From: Schmidtea nova
Taxonomy: Eukaryota
Direction of reading: 5' to 3'
Assembly: GCA_044892505.1 (NCBI GenBank)
Contig: CM097883.1
Span: 257,238,001 to 257,302,000, forward strand
Length of the DNA stretch: 64,000 nt
Shown: positions 12,530 to 24,860 of the stretch, one piece after another
Numbering within the stretch: the first letter of the stretch is position 1
How the letters are laid out: each line of letters starts with the position of its first letter
The notes under the pieces: generated by a model
What the model was told of the DNA's origin: nothing
The model's database searches: none
What the model saw: only the letters and a program-made list of their open reading frames with translations
Translations under genes and position numbers: made by a program

Positions 12530-12942
12530 TAGTGAATAGAACGGGTGTCATTTTATTGCATAACAACGCACGCCTTCACGTTTTAAAATTTGAACTTTTG
12601 AAGATGAAAGAGTTGAAGTTCGAGACTCTCACAAACCCCCATATTTGCCCTACCTGTTTCTCATAGATTTTCACTTTCTCAACTCTGGACCATTTACTCA
12701 CTTATAAAGAATTCAGGAATTAGAGTGAAATTGAAGAGATCTTTAACAAATTTATCTCCTTCCGCAATTATGACTTTTACGAGAAAGAAATTAATGACTT
12801 ACTGCCAAGGTGGAAGAACTGTATAAATGCAGAAGGAAACCATTTTTACTAAATAAATGTATAGTTTTTTATTGCTTTTAATAAAATACTATTGGGTATA
12901 TTTCTCGACAACTTCACACTTGACAACCTTATATTTTCCTCA
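12530..12942 (+). pseudogene. Degraded 3' remnant of a mariner transposase
   Basis: Broken translations LLHNNARLH (HDNARPH-like), HKPPYLPYL..DFH (HPPYSPDLAPSDF-like) and LPRWKNCINAEGNHF (mariner C-terminus); stops and frameshifts. Confidence 0.65.
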
Positions 12943-12981
12943 TTTCTGTAAATTTAAATATTATTATTTACATAATTAATA

Positions 12982-13150
12982 ATTATTATCAATAATTCCC
13001 ATAATGATGACTATAGATCAAAGTTTTTTTTATAAACAATAACACAATATTTCGGCACAGCCTTTATCAAGTGTTTGCCAAAATACTGTGTAATTGTTTA
13101 TAAAAAAAATTTGATCTATAGTCATCATTATGGGAATTATTGATAATAAT
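12982..13150. repeat. Palindromic MITE-like repeat (family member 1)
   Basis: ~41-bp perfect inverted arms attattatcaataattcccataatgatgactatagatcaaa; core ttcggcacagcctttatcaa is shared with the copy at 16.3 kb, and related sequence occurs at ~15.3, 18.2 and 33.2 kb. Confidence 0.8.
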
Positions 13151-13231
13151 AATAAAAAAAGATGAAAGGTGAAAAAAGATAATTATGATATAATTAATAA
13201 TGTCGTTAAGAATGCTATATATAGTTTTTTA

Positions 13232-13980
13232 CAGAATAAACCGATAAGTTTTGTCCGGTGAAACATGTATAAATTTCAAAACATCAAAAATGTCAATCAT
13301 GTGTGTCCGAGAGATGTTCAAAATATGCACCATTATGAAGGACAAATCGGCGCCATCTATCAGGCAGTTTCCTGATTCCATCGGAGAAGAAGCTACGTGG
13401 TTTACTGTCCAACCAAGCGTTCAGAACCACTTGAATTTCATCAACTCCGTTGAAATCTCTTCCATGAATCGCATTTTCCAAAGGGGAAAACAAATAAAAA
13501 TCGGATGGTGCGAGATCTGGGGATTAAAGGAATGTCTCAGAACAGTAAAACCAATGTCAGTTAGTTTTTGCACAGATTTGGCTGCCGTATGGGGTCGTGC
13601 ATTGTCGTGGAGATAGAATTTGATGAAACCCACCACCAAGAAGACGGCGTCGCTTTTCTTGTATTACCGTCACCAGACGGGACAGCTGTTCGCAGTAAAC
13701 ATCGGCGGATATCCTCTCGTGAGAACTTCATTTCAAATCGACGTATTCTAATGAAAACAAAAAGTATTTCAGTCAAACAAGAAATTTATTAAAAGTGCAT
13801 AATCCATGTAAGACATATCAAAGTTAATAGCAATGTTAAAAATTATTAATAAGTGATTTTTTAAAATTTTACAAATCTACAACATATATAGCATAGACAC
13901 ACAAAGTTGCAGACCTATACACTCATTACAGCATTGGAAAGCTGAGTATAAGCACCGGACAAAACTTATTGGTTTATCTG
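13232..13980 (-). mobile_element. Internally deleted mariner element (~750 bp)
   Basis: TIRs (ta)cagaataaaccgataagttttgtccggtg / caccggacaaaacttattggtttatctg(ta); transposase N-terminus MKFSREDIRRCLL is joined to C-terminal YLHDNARPHTA...GIRKLPDRWRRFVLHNGAYFE, with frameshifts. Confidence 0.88.
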
Positions 13981-14118
13981 TATTTACTGTAATTAACATT
14001 TAAGTTTTTCGTCTTGATAAATGATAATTTACATTTTGTATTTGAAAATATAATTGTTTACATTTATTTATTTATGAATACGGTTTAAAATAAAAGTATG
14101 CAAAAACTTGCTATAGAC

Positions 14119-14838
14119 TAAGGGTCGGCAACCTATGGCACGCGGTGGAGTGGTCAATGGCACTCTCTACGCCATTATAAAGTTGCCTGGGTAAACACTA
14201 CTCTTATACTGCTAAAGTCGGTTTCACATTTATTCTTTAATATTATATATTTAAAATATATCTTTGTATTAGTTTAAAAAGCATAAAATAAAATGGTGTT
14301 TTTTTGCTTTATTAAACAGCAATTTTCCAAACAATTTTTTTCCAAATAATATCACAAGCATTCCTTGTGTTGACTGTAGATCACACATGTGTTACTGTGG
14401 GGGCTTTCAACAAGTGGGTATATTTAACCCTGTAACTATTGCATGCTTTTGGTTCTACATGTCTCTGTGAACAAAATTTTTCTCATATAAAACATATTTT
14501 GAGTCCACAAAGAAGTCATTTAACGGATGAGCATTTAGAATTTTGTGTGAAATTAAAACTGACAAAATATACCTTTGATATTGAAATATTGACTAAAGCA
14601 GTGCAGGAACAAGGTTTGCATTAAAAACTTTAAAATTGTGTTGGAATTTTATGTTGTTTGTTTTTCAATTAAATATATTTAAAAGATAATTTTGGGATCA
14701 AATATTTTCATAAAGAACTGTATTATTTAATGTGACAGACATGTACCATTACTTATTTGTAAAAAGAAATAAGGTGGCACCCTGAATTAATTGACAGAGT
14801 GGCTTGGCATACCACAGCTAAAAGGTTGCCGACCCCTG
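14119..14838 (+). mobile_element. Non-autonomous hAT (Buster/SPIN-like) element, 720 bp
   Basis: TIRs taagggtcggcaacct / aggttgccgacccctg, 8-bp TSD ctatagac on both sides, and hAT dimerisation-domain remnant FGSTCLCEQNFSHIK...RSHLTDEHL at 14439-14624. Confidence 0.88.
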
Positions 14839-15284
14839 CTATAGACTAATCAAATTCTTTATAGACTTGAATTTTGTCATAAATTCAAAAGATTTCATTT
14901 TATTTCAATAAAAATTGTTGAATTTACAACTTCCTCATCTTTCTCATATATCTAACATTTCTTTAAAACTTAATTAAAAACAAACTTTGTCTCATATTGT
15001 TTTTCTTTAAATTGCTTTTATCTTCTTCTCTTCCAAAAATTTGTCAATTGTTGTCAATTATTGTCAACTGTATGTTAATATTCTTGTTTCCTTATCATTT
15101 AATAACCGAATCATCAATTAAATTAGTATTTTTTATAAATATGAGCCGAACTATATCCAAAAAGTTACAGATTTTACTTGTTTATGAGTATAAGTATAAT
15201 AAAATAAGCACGAAGATTCAACGAAAACATCTTATCTTAATATCATAATTATTTTTTGTTTCATCTTTGATCTATTTTCTATAT

Positions 15285-15480
15285 CAATAATTTTCATAAT
15301 TGTATGACTATTGATCAAATTTTATTTTGTTTTGGGTATTTTGGTTGTTAAGTATACGATATTTTGTCACAGCCTTTATCAAGTATGTATCGAAACATAC
15401 AATAGATAAAGGCACTTAACAACCAAAAAACCCAAAACAAAAAAAAATTTGATCTGTAGTCATACAATTTTGAAAATTAT
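15285..15480. repeat. Palindromic MITE-like repeat (diverged family member)
   Basis: Imperfect inverted arms aattgtatgactattgatcaaa / tttgatctgtagtcatacaatt, with inner ttggttgttaagt / acttaacaaccaa and cagcctttatcaa core. Confidence 0.65.
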
Positions 15481-16232
15481 TGTTATTTTAATATGTTAAT
15501 TATCTTAATAATCGACTCCAAGTTCATTGTAGTCGAAATAGTTTAATACTTCCGTCATTGATCTTTTGGAAAATGTTTTCATGGATGACAGAATACGGTT
15601 TTAAATATCATTCATTTGCATAAATAACGCAATTGTCAGTGAATAAGTTTTACTTTTTACATTATGATCCATATCGTATTGCAACAAAATTATCTATCAG
15701 ACATCTTTCCTTGATTAGTAGTCTTCCTGTATAAGAGAGTGATCTATAAAGAGCTTTCAAGCCGTGTTAATGCCTTTTTGAATTAGGTGACTTTTGAGTC
15801 AATCGGAAACCTTATAACATCAAATATGGAAATACAAATTTTAATAATTATAGAACTTTTAAATCTTTGAAAGTATTATGATATTATTGGACTCACTAAG
15901 GTGTTTGTTAAAATACCACTTTACATGCAAAGTTACAGTTTAACAGCGAAATAGTATATCACTTTTAAAAAAATAACGAATTAAATAAAATGAAATAATT
16001 TTCACATTATTTATTCGAATAATTTTAAACTCAAAAATTATTTAGAAAACTATCTGTAACTCGTGAAAAATCACGTGATGTATCAACACATTAATTATAT
16101 CTCTCATAGCTCAGGAATTATATTTTAATTATATAATTAAGTTTTATTTTTTAAAAATAATCCGCAACCGACAAACAATAAAGATTTAATATTTTAAATG
16201 TGTTTTAAATAATAATAATTTTTATATTATTA

Positions 16233-16415
16233 ATATCAATAATTCCCATAATGGTAAAACTATAGATCAAAATTTTTTTAAACATATACACAATAGTTCG
16301 GCACAGCCTTTATCAAGTGTGTATACATATTTGATAAAGGCTGTGCCGAAATATTGTGTACTTGTTTAAAGAAATTTTGACCTATAGTCATACATTATGG
16401 GAATTATTTATTAAT
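16233..16415. repeat. Palindromic MITE-like repeat, near-complete ~180-bp hairpin
   Basis: Outer arms aataattcccataatg / cattatgggaattatt and inner arms ttcggcacagcctttatcaa / ttgataaaggctgtgccgaa around a short loop. Confidence 0.8.
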
Positions 16416-18460
16416 TATATATTAAGATCAAAAAAAGAGCAACGGTTAAACAAAAAGATAATTATGATAATTTTTAAATTGCCACATAGATTGAAGAAAG
16501 TGTCAGAAATTTGTGTACTTGAGTTCAAAAACATTGTCGACTTAAGGGAAAGGAGTAATATTTGTAACCATAATAAAAGGTATGTGTGATTTAAAACTTT
16601 ATCAAAGAACATCAATAACTATTGGAAAGAGTCGTTAGTGGAACATTGATACTAAAACCTTTAGATCTCAAAATTAATTTACAATTTTTAAAACTATAGA
16701 TGGAAATTTATGAAATAAAGCGAAAAGATCAAAAGTGAAAATAAGAAATAATTATGATACTCAAAGTTAGAGTTCAAAATGCTCTCATCGCAAATAATTT
16801 AAAGATTTTTAATTAATTTGTTAATGCAGTTTCAATTCATTTTATTTTTACACACACGATTACATAATTAATATAATATTAACCGCCGCATACCCCGCGA
16901 TGGCCTTGTATATTATTATATGGTGACATACTTACTTTTATTATACTTTTATTTAGTAAAAAATACGATACGTTTATTTTTTTCTATTCAAGAGTATTTA
17001 TTATAGTTATTCCATGATACAGATTCTAAACGAAAACACCATACAAAATAATGATAAATTTAGATGTTTATAATATTTATAATTTATTTCTGCAACTCAA
17101 TAATACTACCTACATCTATTATTCAATAGATAAACAAATCCTGAAATGTATCCGTGTCGGACACGATCATATAAACTCTCTTTACAACGTAATATGGTTG
17201 GATGTGTGACACACGGGAATGTTCAAAATTTACCAGAAAGGAATGGACGTGTCAGACACGGGTTATGCATTAAGTAGTTAAAGTTATCTACCTGTCTTTT
17301 TCTAATGCAATTGTACAAGCCAATTGCGTAAAAATATATTTACACTGTATAAATAATAAAATTTATAAGTTTTTAAATGGAAGTCAACTTAAATGAAAGA
17401 ATTTTTCAAATATAACAGCTCTCTAAAATAAATCTTCTTAATCCATCAGCTTTCACTGTCACCATTATTAAAAATACAAAATCTAGTTCTTATCCAGTTT
17501 TTACATGATAAATCGCATAAAAGTTATGACAAAATAAAATACAATCAGTAGGCTCCAAGTTTAAAAAATAAGCCGAGCGATGTCAAATGGTCTAACCAAC
17601 CTCGAGTATTCTTTCATGTTTTTTAAATCATCAAATGTTATTTTTCATTATTTTCAAAAAATATTATTTTTTTCATCTACGACCACTCAAAGGTAATTTT
17701 TTTATAACCGACATTAAAGTTTACTACTCATAATTTAACAAGAAGATTTAAACCTCTTTCCAGTTTGACACGAGTTTACTCGTCCAATATAAATAAACAT
17801 TTCTGTTGCGTAAAAATTTTTAATAAATACTGCTTATATTATAAAAGAAAAGTTTGAAAAATATTATCAAATTTAAGTGACAGAATTTAAATGCAATTCC
17901 AAAAAAATAATTAAACGGTAAAGGGGTTAAGATTTCCATACCTACGTTGAAGGCAAATGGAAATTGTAATTTTTATCCTTATCAAAAATAACAACGTTTC
18001 TGTCATTGAACATCGACATTTAAAGATATTTTCGAACAAATAAAAATAAATTCTTATATATTTGAATTTATTATGCCATTTTTTACAAATGTGTACTCAA
18101 GAATTTAATAATTTTGAAAAAAACTTAAAAATATTTTTAAATCAACTAAAATTTTATTATCAATAAAATAATAAAGGCTGTACCGAAATATTGTGTACTT
18201 ATTTAAAGAAATTTTGATCTATAGTCATTCATTATGGGAATTATTGATATTAATATTAAAAAAATATCAAAGGTGAAACAAAAAGATAATGATAATTATT
18301 TTATTTATCATAATAAACTCAAGAATTAAATAATTTTGAAAAACTTAAAAATATTTTTAAATCAACTAAAATTTTATTATCCATAAAAATAATAACATTA
18401 TTTTATTTATCATAATAAACATCGAACTAATAAAAAAATTATTTCAATTTATCATCCCAT

Positions 18461-19369
18461 TTATAATTTCTTGCAAATTAATATCAATTTTCTAAATCGT
18501 TTAAACAACACAAAATGTGAAAACGGATTTATAAATGTAACTATAATTAATAAATCATTTAAAAAATAATAATAACAAAACACATCGAAAAGAACAATTC
18601 CATAATGATTTAGCACATATCCCGTCATATCGGTTAATAAAATAATAATATAACACAATGTGGATACAAAAGTGATAATTGAATATTTATAAAATACTAA
18701 ACTTCTTCTCTTAATAAGTCTTAAATTTTGTGCAATAGTAAAACTTTTGGAGTTCTTGTAGAGATCTCTAGCAGAAAATAATCCAAATATAAGCAGAGTG
18801 AATATTGGATAAAAATAGTTGAAAATAATGCTGACATAAATGCCGACAACTGACGGCTCCCATCGACATGAATAACTTATAGTGCCATTATGATCATCCA
18901 TTTCAGCACCATAATCAAACATCACATTGAAAATGCCCACAAATGTCGAAATTATTAAAACGATTATTGTCAAAATCAAATTTCTATTTTTGGTAATGAA
19001 TTTGTATTTCAGTGGATAAACAATGCAAATAAACTGATCAAATGCAGACAGGATCATCATGTAAATATCAACTGTTAGAAATAAATAAAACGGTGCCATA
19101 CTAAACCAAACGTAACAATAAAAGATTGCAGAAATATAATTGTTTATTTTTCGTTCTTTGAAAACATTCATGAAATAGAAAACTAAAAGAACCAAAGACA
19201 CAACCGTTCGGATTTTGTTAATAATCATTGCGTTATGAGATGAAATTTTATACCGGAATAAAAATATCAACAGTGATAAATTTAGGATAAAATAGAAACA
19301 AATTATAAAACTTCTGAAACTGAAGAAATAAAGGTTGTCACTGCAATTATTGTTGAGGAATAATTGCAT
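18461..19369 (-). CDS. Intronless divergent rhodopsin-class 7TM GPCR (paralog 1); likely ATG at 19369 (MQLFLNNNCSD)
   Basis: Seven hydrophobic segments, N-terminal NCS sequon, Cys near TM3 start and in ECL2 (YSCRWEP), DRY-like DQFICIVYPLKY, NPxxY-like INPFSHFVLFKRFRK. Confidence 0.8.
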   Translation of the reverse strand: MQLFLNNNCSDNLYFFSFRSFIICFYFILNLSLLIFLFRYKISSHNAMIINKIRTVVSLVLLVFYFMNVFKERKINNYISAIFYCYVWFSMAPFYLFLTVDIYMMILSAFDQFICIVYPLKYKFITKNRNLILTIIVLIISTFVGIFNVMFDYGAEMDDHNGTISYSCRWEPSVVGIYVSIIFNYFYPIFTLLIFGLFSARDLYKNSKSFTIAQNLRLIKRRSLVFYKYSIITFVSTLCYIIILLTDMTGYVLNHYGIVLFDVFCYYYFLNDLLIIVTFINPFSHFVLFKRFRKLILICKKL

Positions 19370-19556
19370 TGTGCAATATTTTATGAATAAAATCACTAAG
19401 ATGTAAATGCTAAATATATTATTTTCATAATTTAAGATGATTTCTTATTGGGTAAGTTTCAGAAAATTTTAGAAATAGTAAATATTTGACATTGGAATTT
19501 TTTGTGGCATAATTTGATATTATCATTAGCTCTTCTAATCCAAGTAACTTGCAGAC

Positions 19557-19695
19557 NNNNNNNNNNNNNNNNNNNNNNNNNNNNNNNNNNNNNNNNNNNN
19601 NNNNNNNNNNNNNNNNNNNNNNNNNNNNNNNNNNNNNNNNNNNNNNNNNNNNNNNNNNNNNNNNNNNNNNNNNNNNNNNNNNNNNNNNNNNNNNN
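19557..19695. other. Assembly gap (139 N)
   Basis: Run of n in the sequence. Confidence 1.
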
Positions 19696-19973
19696 CACTG
19701 GTTCGAGAAAGATTTAATTAATAACAAAATTTTATATACACAAATAATAATTTACCGAAACCAAAATAAATCAGTCAGTTTATATACTAATTTATATACT
19801 AGTTTGTAATTTCTTCTTGAGTTGATTGAATATGAAATTATTTTTATAACATAATTGTTTTTTTACCTTGGCATTGAAAATATTGTTTTATTTTCTTGAC
19901 CTTTGTAGGGGTTGTTAAAATAAAAAGAAAATAAAGTTAAAATGCACCTATATACGAAAATTGGAAAAATAAT

Positions 19974-20570
19974 TGTAGGAATGCTACAAGCAAATAAGAT
20001 TTTATTAATAGAAATTGATCTCCAATTGACAAGTTGGTCTTTGGCAACCGGAAATCCTGACCGATGATAACAAGAGTTGAAATGAGCAAGCTCCATGACA
20101 GTCCGTATTGATTGATTTTTGGTGCTGGCGAATAATCGTTTAATCGAGATTGATTGTGATCCAATGTATTGGTTTGTAGATTTTTGGAGTTATACATTTC
20201 AGATTTGTCTGGATAGTATATTAATATTGATCCAGTTGTTGACAAGCATCTTCCAGTTTATACGGCTTCTTTTCGCATTCCAGCAGCGAAACATTTCTGC
20301 AATCTACGGAACTGGCAATTGTTTCTTCTTTGAATATCGACTACACAATCTCCACTAGAGTAGAACTGATAATTGTTGTCATTTGATGAAAACGAGTCGC
20401 TGTGAATGTCTTGAGTGAATTGGCATATCGAATCATTGTTAACAGCTTGCATTTTTTTTGATCAGCGTGAAAAAAGTGAAAAAATATGTAAATATTAAAA
20501 CAACATCTAATTTAATCCATTTAATAATTAATTAATTTATAAAATTGAAAATTTAATCTAAGGCACTACA
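19974..20570 (-). repeat. 3' LTR of element C (597 bp), containing a nuclear-receptor-derived segment
   Basis: Matches 25165-25762 apart from 4 substitutions and a 1-bp poly-T indel seen by eye; preceded on the minus strand by G-rich cggcgggggc (PPT-like). Confidence 0.93.
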
Positions 20571-20634
20571 ATAGCCCCCGCCGAAGTACGCGGAGCGTCT
20601 CTAAGCTACAAAATGGACTTGAGTGTTGGGTGAG

Positions 20635-23600
20635 TCACTGAAGGTGATAATCGGAGAGATATTGAGGGAGTTTATGTGTTCGCCTAGAAGAGAATGGCGG
20701 GTTGTCTTGAGAAAGTTGGGTATTTGTCGTTTCTGTAAGGGTCTTCAGTTGTTCCGTGTCTTCTTGAATGTCTTCATCTATAGGATCTTCTTTCATGATA
20801 TGGTAATTTGGTCGTTCATCATACTTAAGTGTGCAAAAGGATGGTTTTAATCTTGATAGGTTGACCATAATGTGATTGTTATCAATTTCTAGTTTCGCTG
20901 TGTTTTTGTATATTTCGATGATGCGGAATGGGCCTTTGTATCTAGGTTTGAGGTTTGATGAGTCAATTGTCTTCATCCATGCGTGGGTGGCAGATGAAGT
21001 GATTGTGGTATATAAGGTTTGTATGATGTAGAATATGTGAAAGATGGATTTGTATCAAGACTCAAAAAATGATTGCGAGTGAGGTTGATTTCCTCTAGTG
21101 ACGATTCGTTCTGTAGATCTATGAGTTCGTTGGGCATGGATGTGTTGGAACCGAACAAAGGTTGTGAAGGTGACACGCCACTTGAGCGGTTGGGAGTGTT
21201 GTGCCACCCGAGCAAGACGAATGGTAATGCTTTGGTCCACGAAGTTGTCGTTGAGAGTATTCTGAGGGATGATTTCAAAGTCCGGTGGGCGCGTTCCACA
21301 AGACCGTTTGTTTGTGGGTGATATGAGCTGGTACGTAAATGACTGATGCCGAGGCTGGTGGTCAGATGATCGAAAAGGTCTGATTCAAATTGTGTTCCTT
21401 GGTCTGTGATTATGGCGGTTGGGATTCCATAACGCGAAAACCAAGTGGATATTAAGGCGTGTGCAACCGTTTTTGCGGTGATGTCAGAAACTGGAATAGC
21501 CTCGAACCAGCGTGTTTTCCTATCGATCATTGTCAGTATATAGCAGAATCCGTCGTCTGCCGGGAGTTTGCCTACTAAGTCGATGTGGAGTATGTCGAAT
21601 CTTGAACCAGTCGGGAATGGTGTGTTTGGTGGTTTAGTATGTTTGTTCACTTTGTGTTGTTGGCAGCCTGTACATTCAGAGACCCACTGTTTAACGTCTT
21701 TAAATAATGAGAACCAAGTGACCTTTTGTCGTATGAGATGGTATGTGGACTTAATTCCTGGATGGTGTAGATTATGAATCGCGAAGAATGCTTCTTTCCT
21801 GAGTGACGAGTGCAAAATTGGTCTAAGAGTGTTTTTATACGTTGTGTCATAATGTATACCGTCTATTATCTCAAGCGAGTCTTTGAAGCGGGCGAGGTCA
21901 GCTGTCGTTGGTGGAGTCGAACGGAGAATTTGTTGGGTGAAAACCGGTGTAGAGGTAATTGATGCAGCAATGTTTCTAGAAAGATAATCAGCGACCACAT
22001 TATCTTTGCCCGAAACGTGAACAAATTTAATGTCAAAAGTTGATAGGTATGTTATCTGACGATGTACTCTGTTCGATGGGTCTTTCATGGTAAGGCAGTG
22101 GATGAGAGGTTTGTGGTCGGTGAAGATTGTAAATTGTCTTCCTTCTAAAATGTGACTAAAATGTTTGACTGCTAGAAAAATGGCAAGTAATTCTCTGTCG
22201 AATGCGCTGTACTTTGACTCTGCTAATGAAAATTTTCTCGAAAAAAATTCTATTGGTAGTGAGATTTTATCCTTAATTTGGTGAAGGACTGCGCCTGCAG
22301 CAATATTTGATGCGTCAGTTGTCAGGGTGAATGGGAGGTCGTGACATGGGTAGTGAAGAGTGGTAATCTTGGTTAGAGCGTCTTTGACTTTGTTGAATGA
22401 GTCGCGTGTTGTGTCGGACCAATTGATGACGGAATTCTTTTTTCCTGTGTTCAGTGCTGAAAGAGGTGCTGTTATGTGAGATGCGTTTTTATGAATCTAT
22501 GGCAGAAGTTGACGATGCCTAAAAAGCTACGTAGTTGTGTCACGGTGGTTGGCAGGGGAAAGCTGCGGATTACGTCAAGTCTTTCGGGGAAAGGTTCACA
22601 ACCAGTAGATGAAAGTATATGGCCAAGGAATCTGACGCGTTCTTGAAACAAGCTACATTTGTTTACGTTTATCTGTAAGTTGTGACGGTTCAATATATCA
22701 AGGACCATGTGTAAATCGTTTTTGTGGCTGTCTCGATCCGGGGACGCTATGATGATATCGTCAAGGTATGCGAAAGTGTGAGGGACATCGCGAAAAATTG
22801 TGTCCATGAAACGTTGTAAGGACTGAGCTGCGTTTCTAAGACCAAAAGGCATGAATATGTATTCAAAATTCTCAAATGGTGTAGTGACAGCCGTTTTGGG
22901 GACGTCATCCGTATGGATGGGAAATTGGTGGTATGCTTTCGAGAGGTCAATAGTTGAGAACACTGTAGATTGTGAAAAGCGTGTTATTAAATCTTTAATG
23001 AGTGGCATTGGGTAGGCGTCATGGACTGTTACTTGGTTGAGCTGTCGATAATCTCCACAGGGTCTGAATGACCCGTCTTTTTTTGTTACTACGTGTATTG
23101 GCGAAGCCCATGGTGAAGATGAACGACGTATAATGCCTGCGTTTTCTAGACTAACAAATTCAGCTTTGACTGCGTCGAGTTTCGTGAAAGAGAGAGGTCT
23201 GGCTCGATTGTGTTGTGGTATGCATGGTAATGTGTGAATATAGTGAGTCGATAGGGTAGTGGGTGGTATGGTATCGGATTTAGTGATGAGGTTTGGATAT
23301 TTGATTGAAATTAATTTGATCATGTCATCGATCGTATCTAGATTGGCTGATTGGTCGATGTCCAACGTGTTTTTATCGTTTTCCATCGTGGAATCTTGAT
23401 GAATCGAGTTGAGTTGTGTCGGTGTAGATGTCTGCGTTGAAATTGATGTTACATTTGAAGATGAAATTGTCGGTATATTGGCAATGTCGTGTTTTAGAGT
23501 GAACAACTTACGATTTTTGCAATCTACCATGATGGATTCGTTGCTTAAAAAATCGGAGCCTAATATTGGGTGGATCGTGTCTGTTATGTGGAAGGTGTGA

Positions 23601-23870
23601 GTGAAAGTTGAGTTTAATGTTGGTATTGTGAATGAGAGTTTTTTTGTTCCCAAAAATTGGATCGGTGTGCTGTTAGCGGCCAAGACAGTAAACGAAGATT
23701 TGAAGTCTGGTGTGAAAATTGTTGGAAGGATTGAAAATGTCGAGCCCGAATCTATGAGAAAATGAATTGATGAGCTGGAGTCGAAGTCTGCTTCAACAGT
23801 GAAGATATTGTTGATCGCAAGGACGCTGCCTGAAAATCCAGGGTTGACAGACAGCGGCGCTAGTTTTTTT
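20635..23870 (-). pseudogene. pol: Element C pol (PR-RT-RNaseH-IN), split into ORFs 22472-23683, 20973-22088 and 20635-20976 by two frameshifts
   Basis: SIHFLIDSGSTF, RPCGDYRQLN, YLDDIIIAS, LTTDASNIAAG, IHNLHHPG..CTGC, HIDLVG..ITDQGTQF..NGLVERAHR, RYKGPF. Breaks lie near 22480 and 20980; they may be real mutations or indel sequencing errors. Confidence 0.9.
23823..23869 (-). promoter_or_regulatory. -1 programmed ribosomal frameshift signal at the gag/pol junction of element C
   Basis: A_AAA_AAC heptamer immediately before the gag TAG, then a 6-nt spacer and a 9-bp stem CGCTGTCTG/CAGGCAGCG; the -1 frame opens into the protease. Confidence 0.8.
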
Positions 23871-24771
23871 TGGGAGAATTGAAATTGTTTTTGTCGTATG
23901 ACTTATTTGAGGAACGGTTTACAAAAGTGCAACCTGAAAGGCATTTTTGTGCGTGTATACCGAAGATATTGTGATAGATGCAAATAGGAATGATTCTCAA
24001 AGTGGAAGGAGGGTTTGGCCATGAACATCCTATATGGCATGTTCTTGCGTCGGATGAGAATTTCTTTTGAAAAAAACAAGTCAGAGGGGGAAAAGAATTC
24101 GGTTTATCGTTTCTTTGGGTGTGTATAGTTAGCTGAGAGGAGTTGAGTATCGCGTCGACTGTTTTTGTCAGAGAAGATATCTGTTCCTGTAATGAAGGGT
24201 CGGAAACTGATGCGATGGTAGTTAGTGCGTTTCGGATGGGGGGTCGAGTAACCAACTTATCGGCAATTTTTGCAAGGTGAAAAGGATCATCGGAATCGAC
24301 GACGAGGAGTGAGGTCTGGATGTGATGTGGAAGAGCTGTTAAAAATTGATGGCATAAGAGAGCTGTGTTTTTTGATAAACCGGTGTGGACGGCCTCGAGT
24401 TCGCGTACTAGTTGCGATAAAAAAGATGATGGGGGTTGACCGGCGTATGGGGTGGGTTTTGATAACTTTTCGATCGCTGAAGTGCGCGTGAGTGAATATT
24501 TTTTTTCTATGACCGCTTTGATTGATTCATAAGGGGTTTCTGAGTTTAATGCGTCAGCTATTTGTGAGCCTAATTCTGACATTAACTCGTCGGGTATTGC
24601 ATCCAGCAGAAGATCTTGCCTAGACTTGGGATTGGCTCTAGTGCGCGATTCAAAAATGCGGAACCAAGATGATGGTGTGCCGTCTGCGTCTAAAAATATC
24701 AGTTGAGTGCGACCTATGGACGTGGGAGAGTTTTGGTCATTGTTAGTTTTGGCACCGCCTCTTGCCCGCAT
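23860..24771 (-). CDS. gag: Gag of element C (303 aa)
   Basis: ATG start, position after the PBS and before PR, PSSWFRIFESR...FLTALPHHIQ..LAKIADKL Gypsy capsid-like pattern, Cys/His-rich C-terminus. Confidence 0.85.
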   Translation of the reverse strand: MRARGGAKTNNDQNSPTSIGRTQLIFLDADGTPSSWFRIFESRTRANPKSRQDLLLDAIPDELMSELGSQIADALNSETPYESIKAVIEKKYSLTRTSAIEKLSKPTPYAGQPPSSFLSQLVRELEAVHTGLSKNTALLCHQFLTALPHHIQTSLLVVDSDDPFHLAKIADKLVTRPPIRNALTTIASVSDPSLQEQISSLTKTVDAILNSSQLTIHTQRNDKPNSFPPLTCFFQKKFSSDARTCHIGCSWPNPPSTLRIIPICIYHNIFGIHAQKCLSGCTFVNRSSNKSYDKNNFNSPKKN

Positions 24772-24860
24772 GAAGAGTGTTATTATTGCGTTTGTTGGTA
24801 CTGAAAGAGGATCTGTGATGGGAACTCCGTTATTTAAAATAAAGAAGTCGTTGTGTTCTA

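Noticed and set aside
17140-17930. Two possible piggyBac-like MITEs (cgtgtc.gacacg inverted pair; ttaa..aaaggggttaa)
   Set aside because: Terminal repeats too degenerate to fix boundaries by eye.
19425-19809. ORFs spanning the N run, including an Ig-like LQVTWIRR word
   Set aside because: Artefacts of the assembly gap; too little sequence to call a domain.
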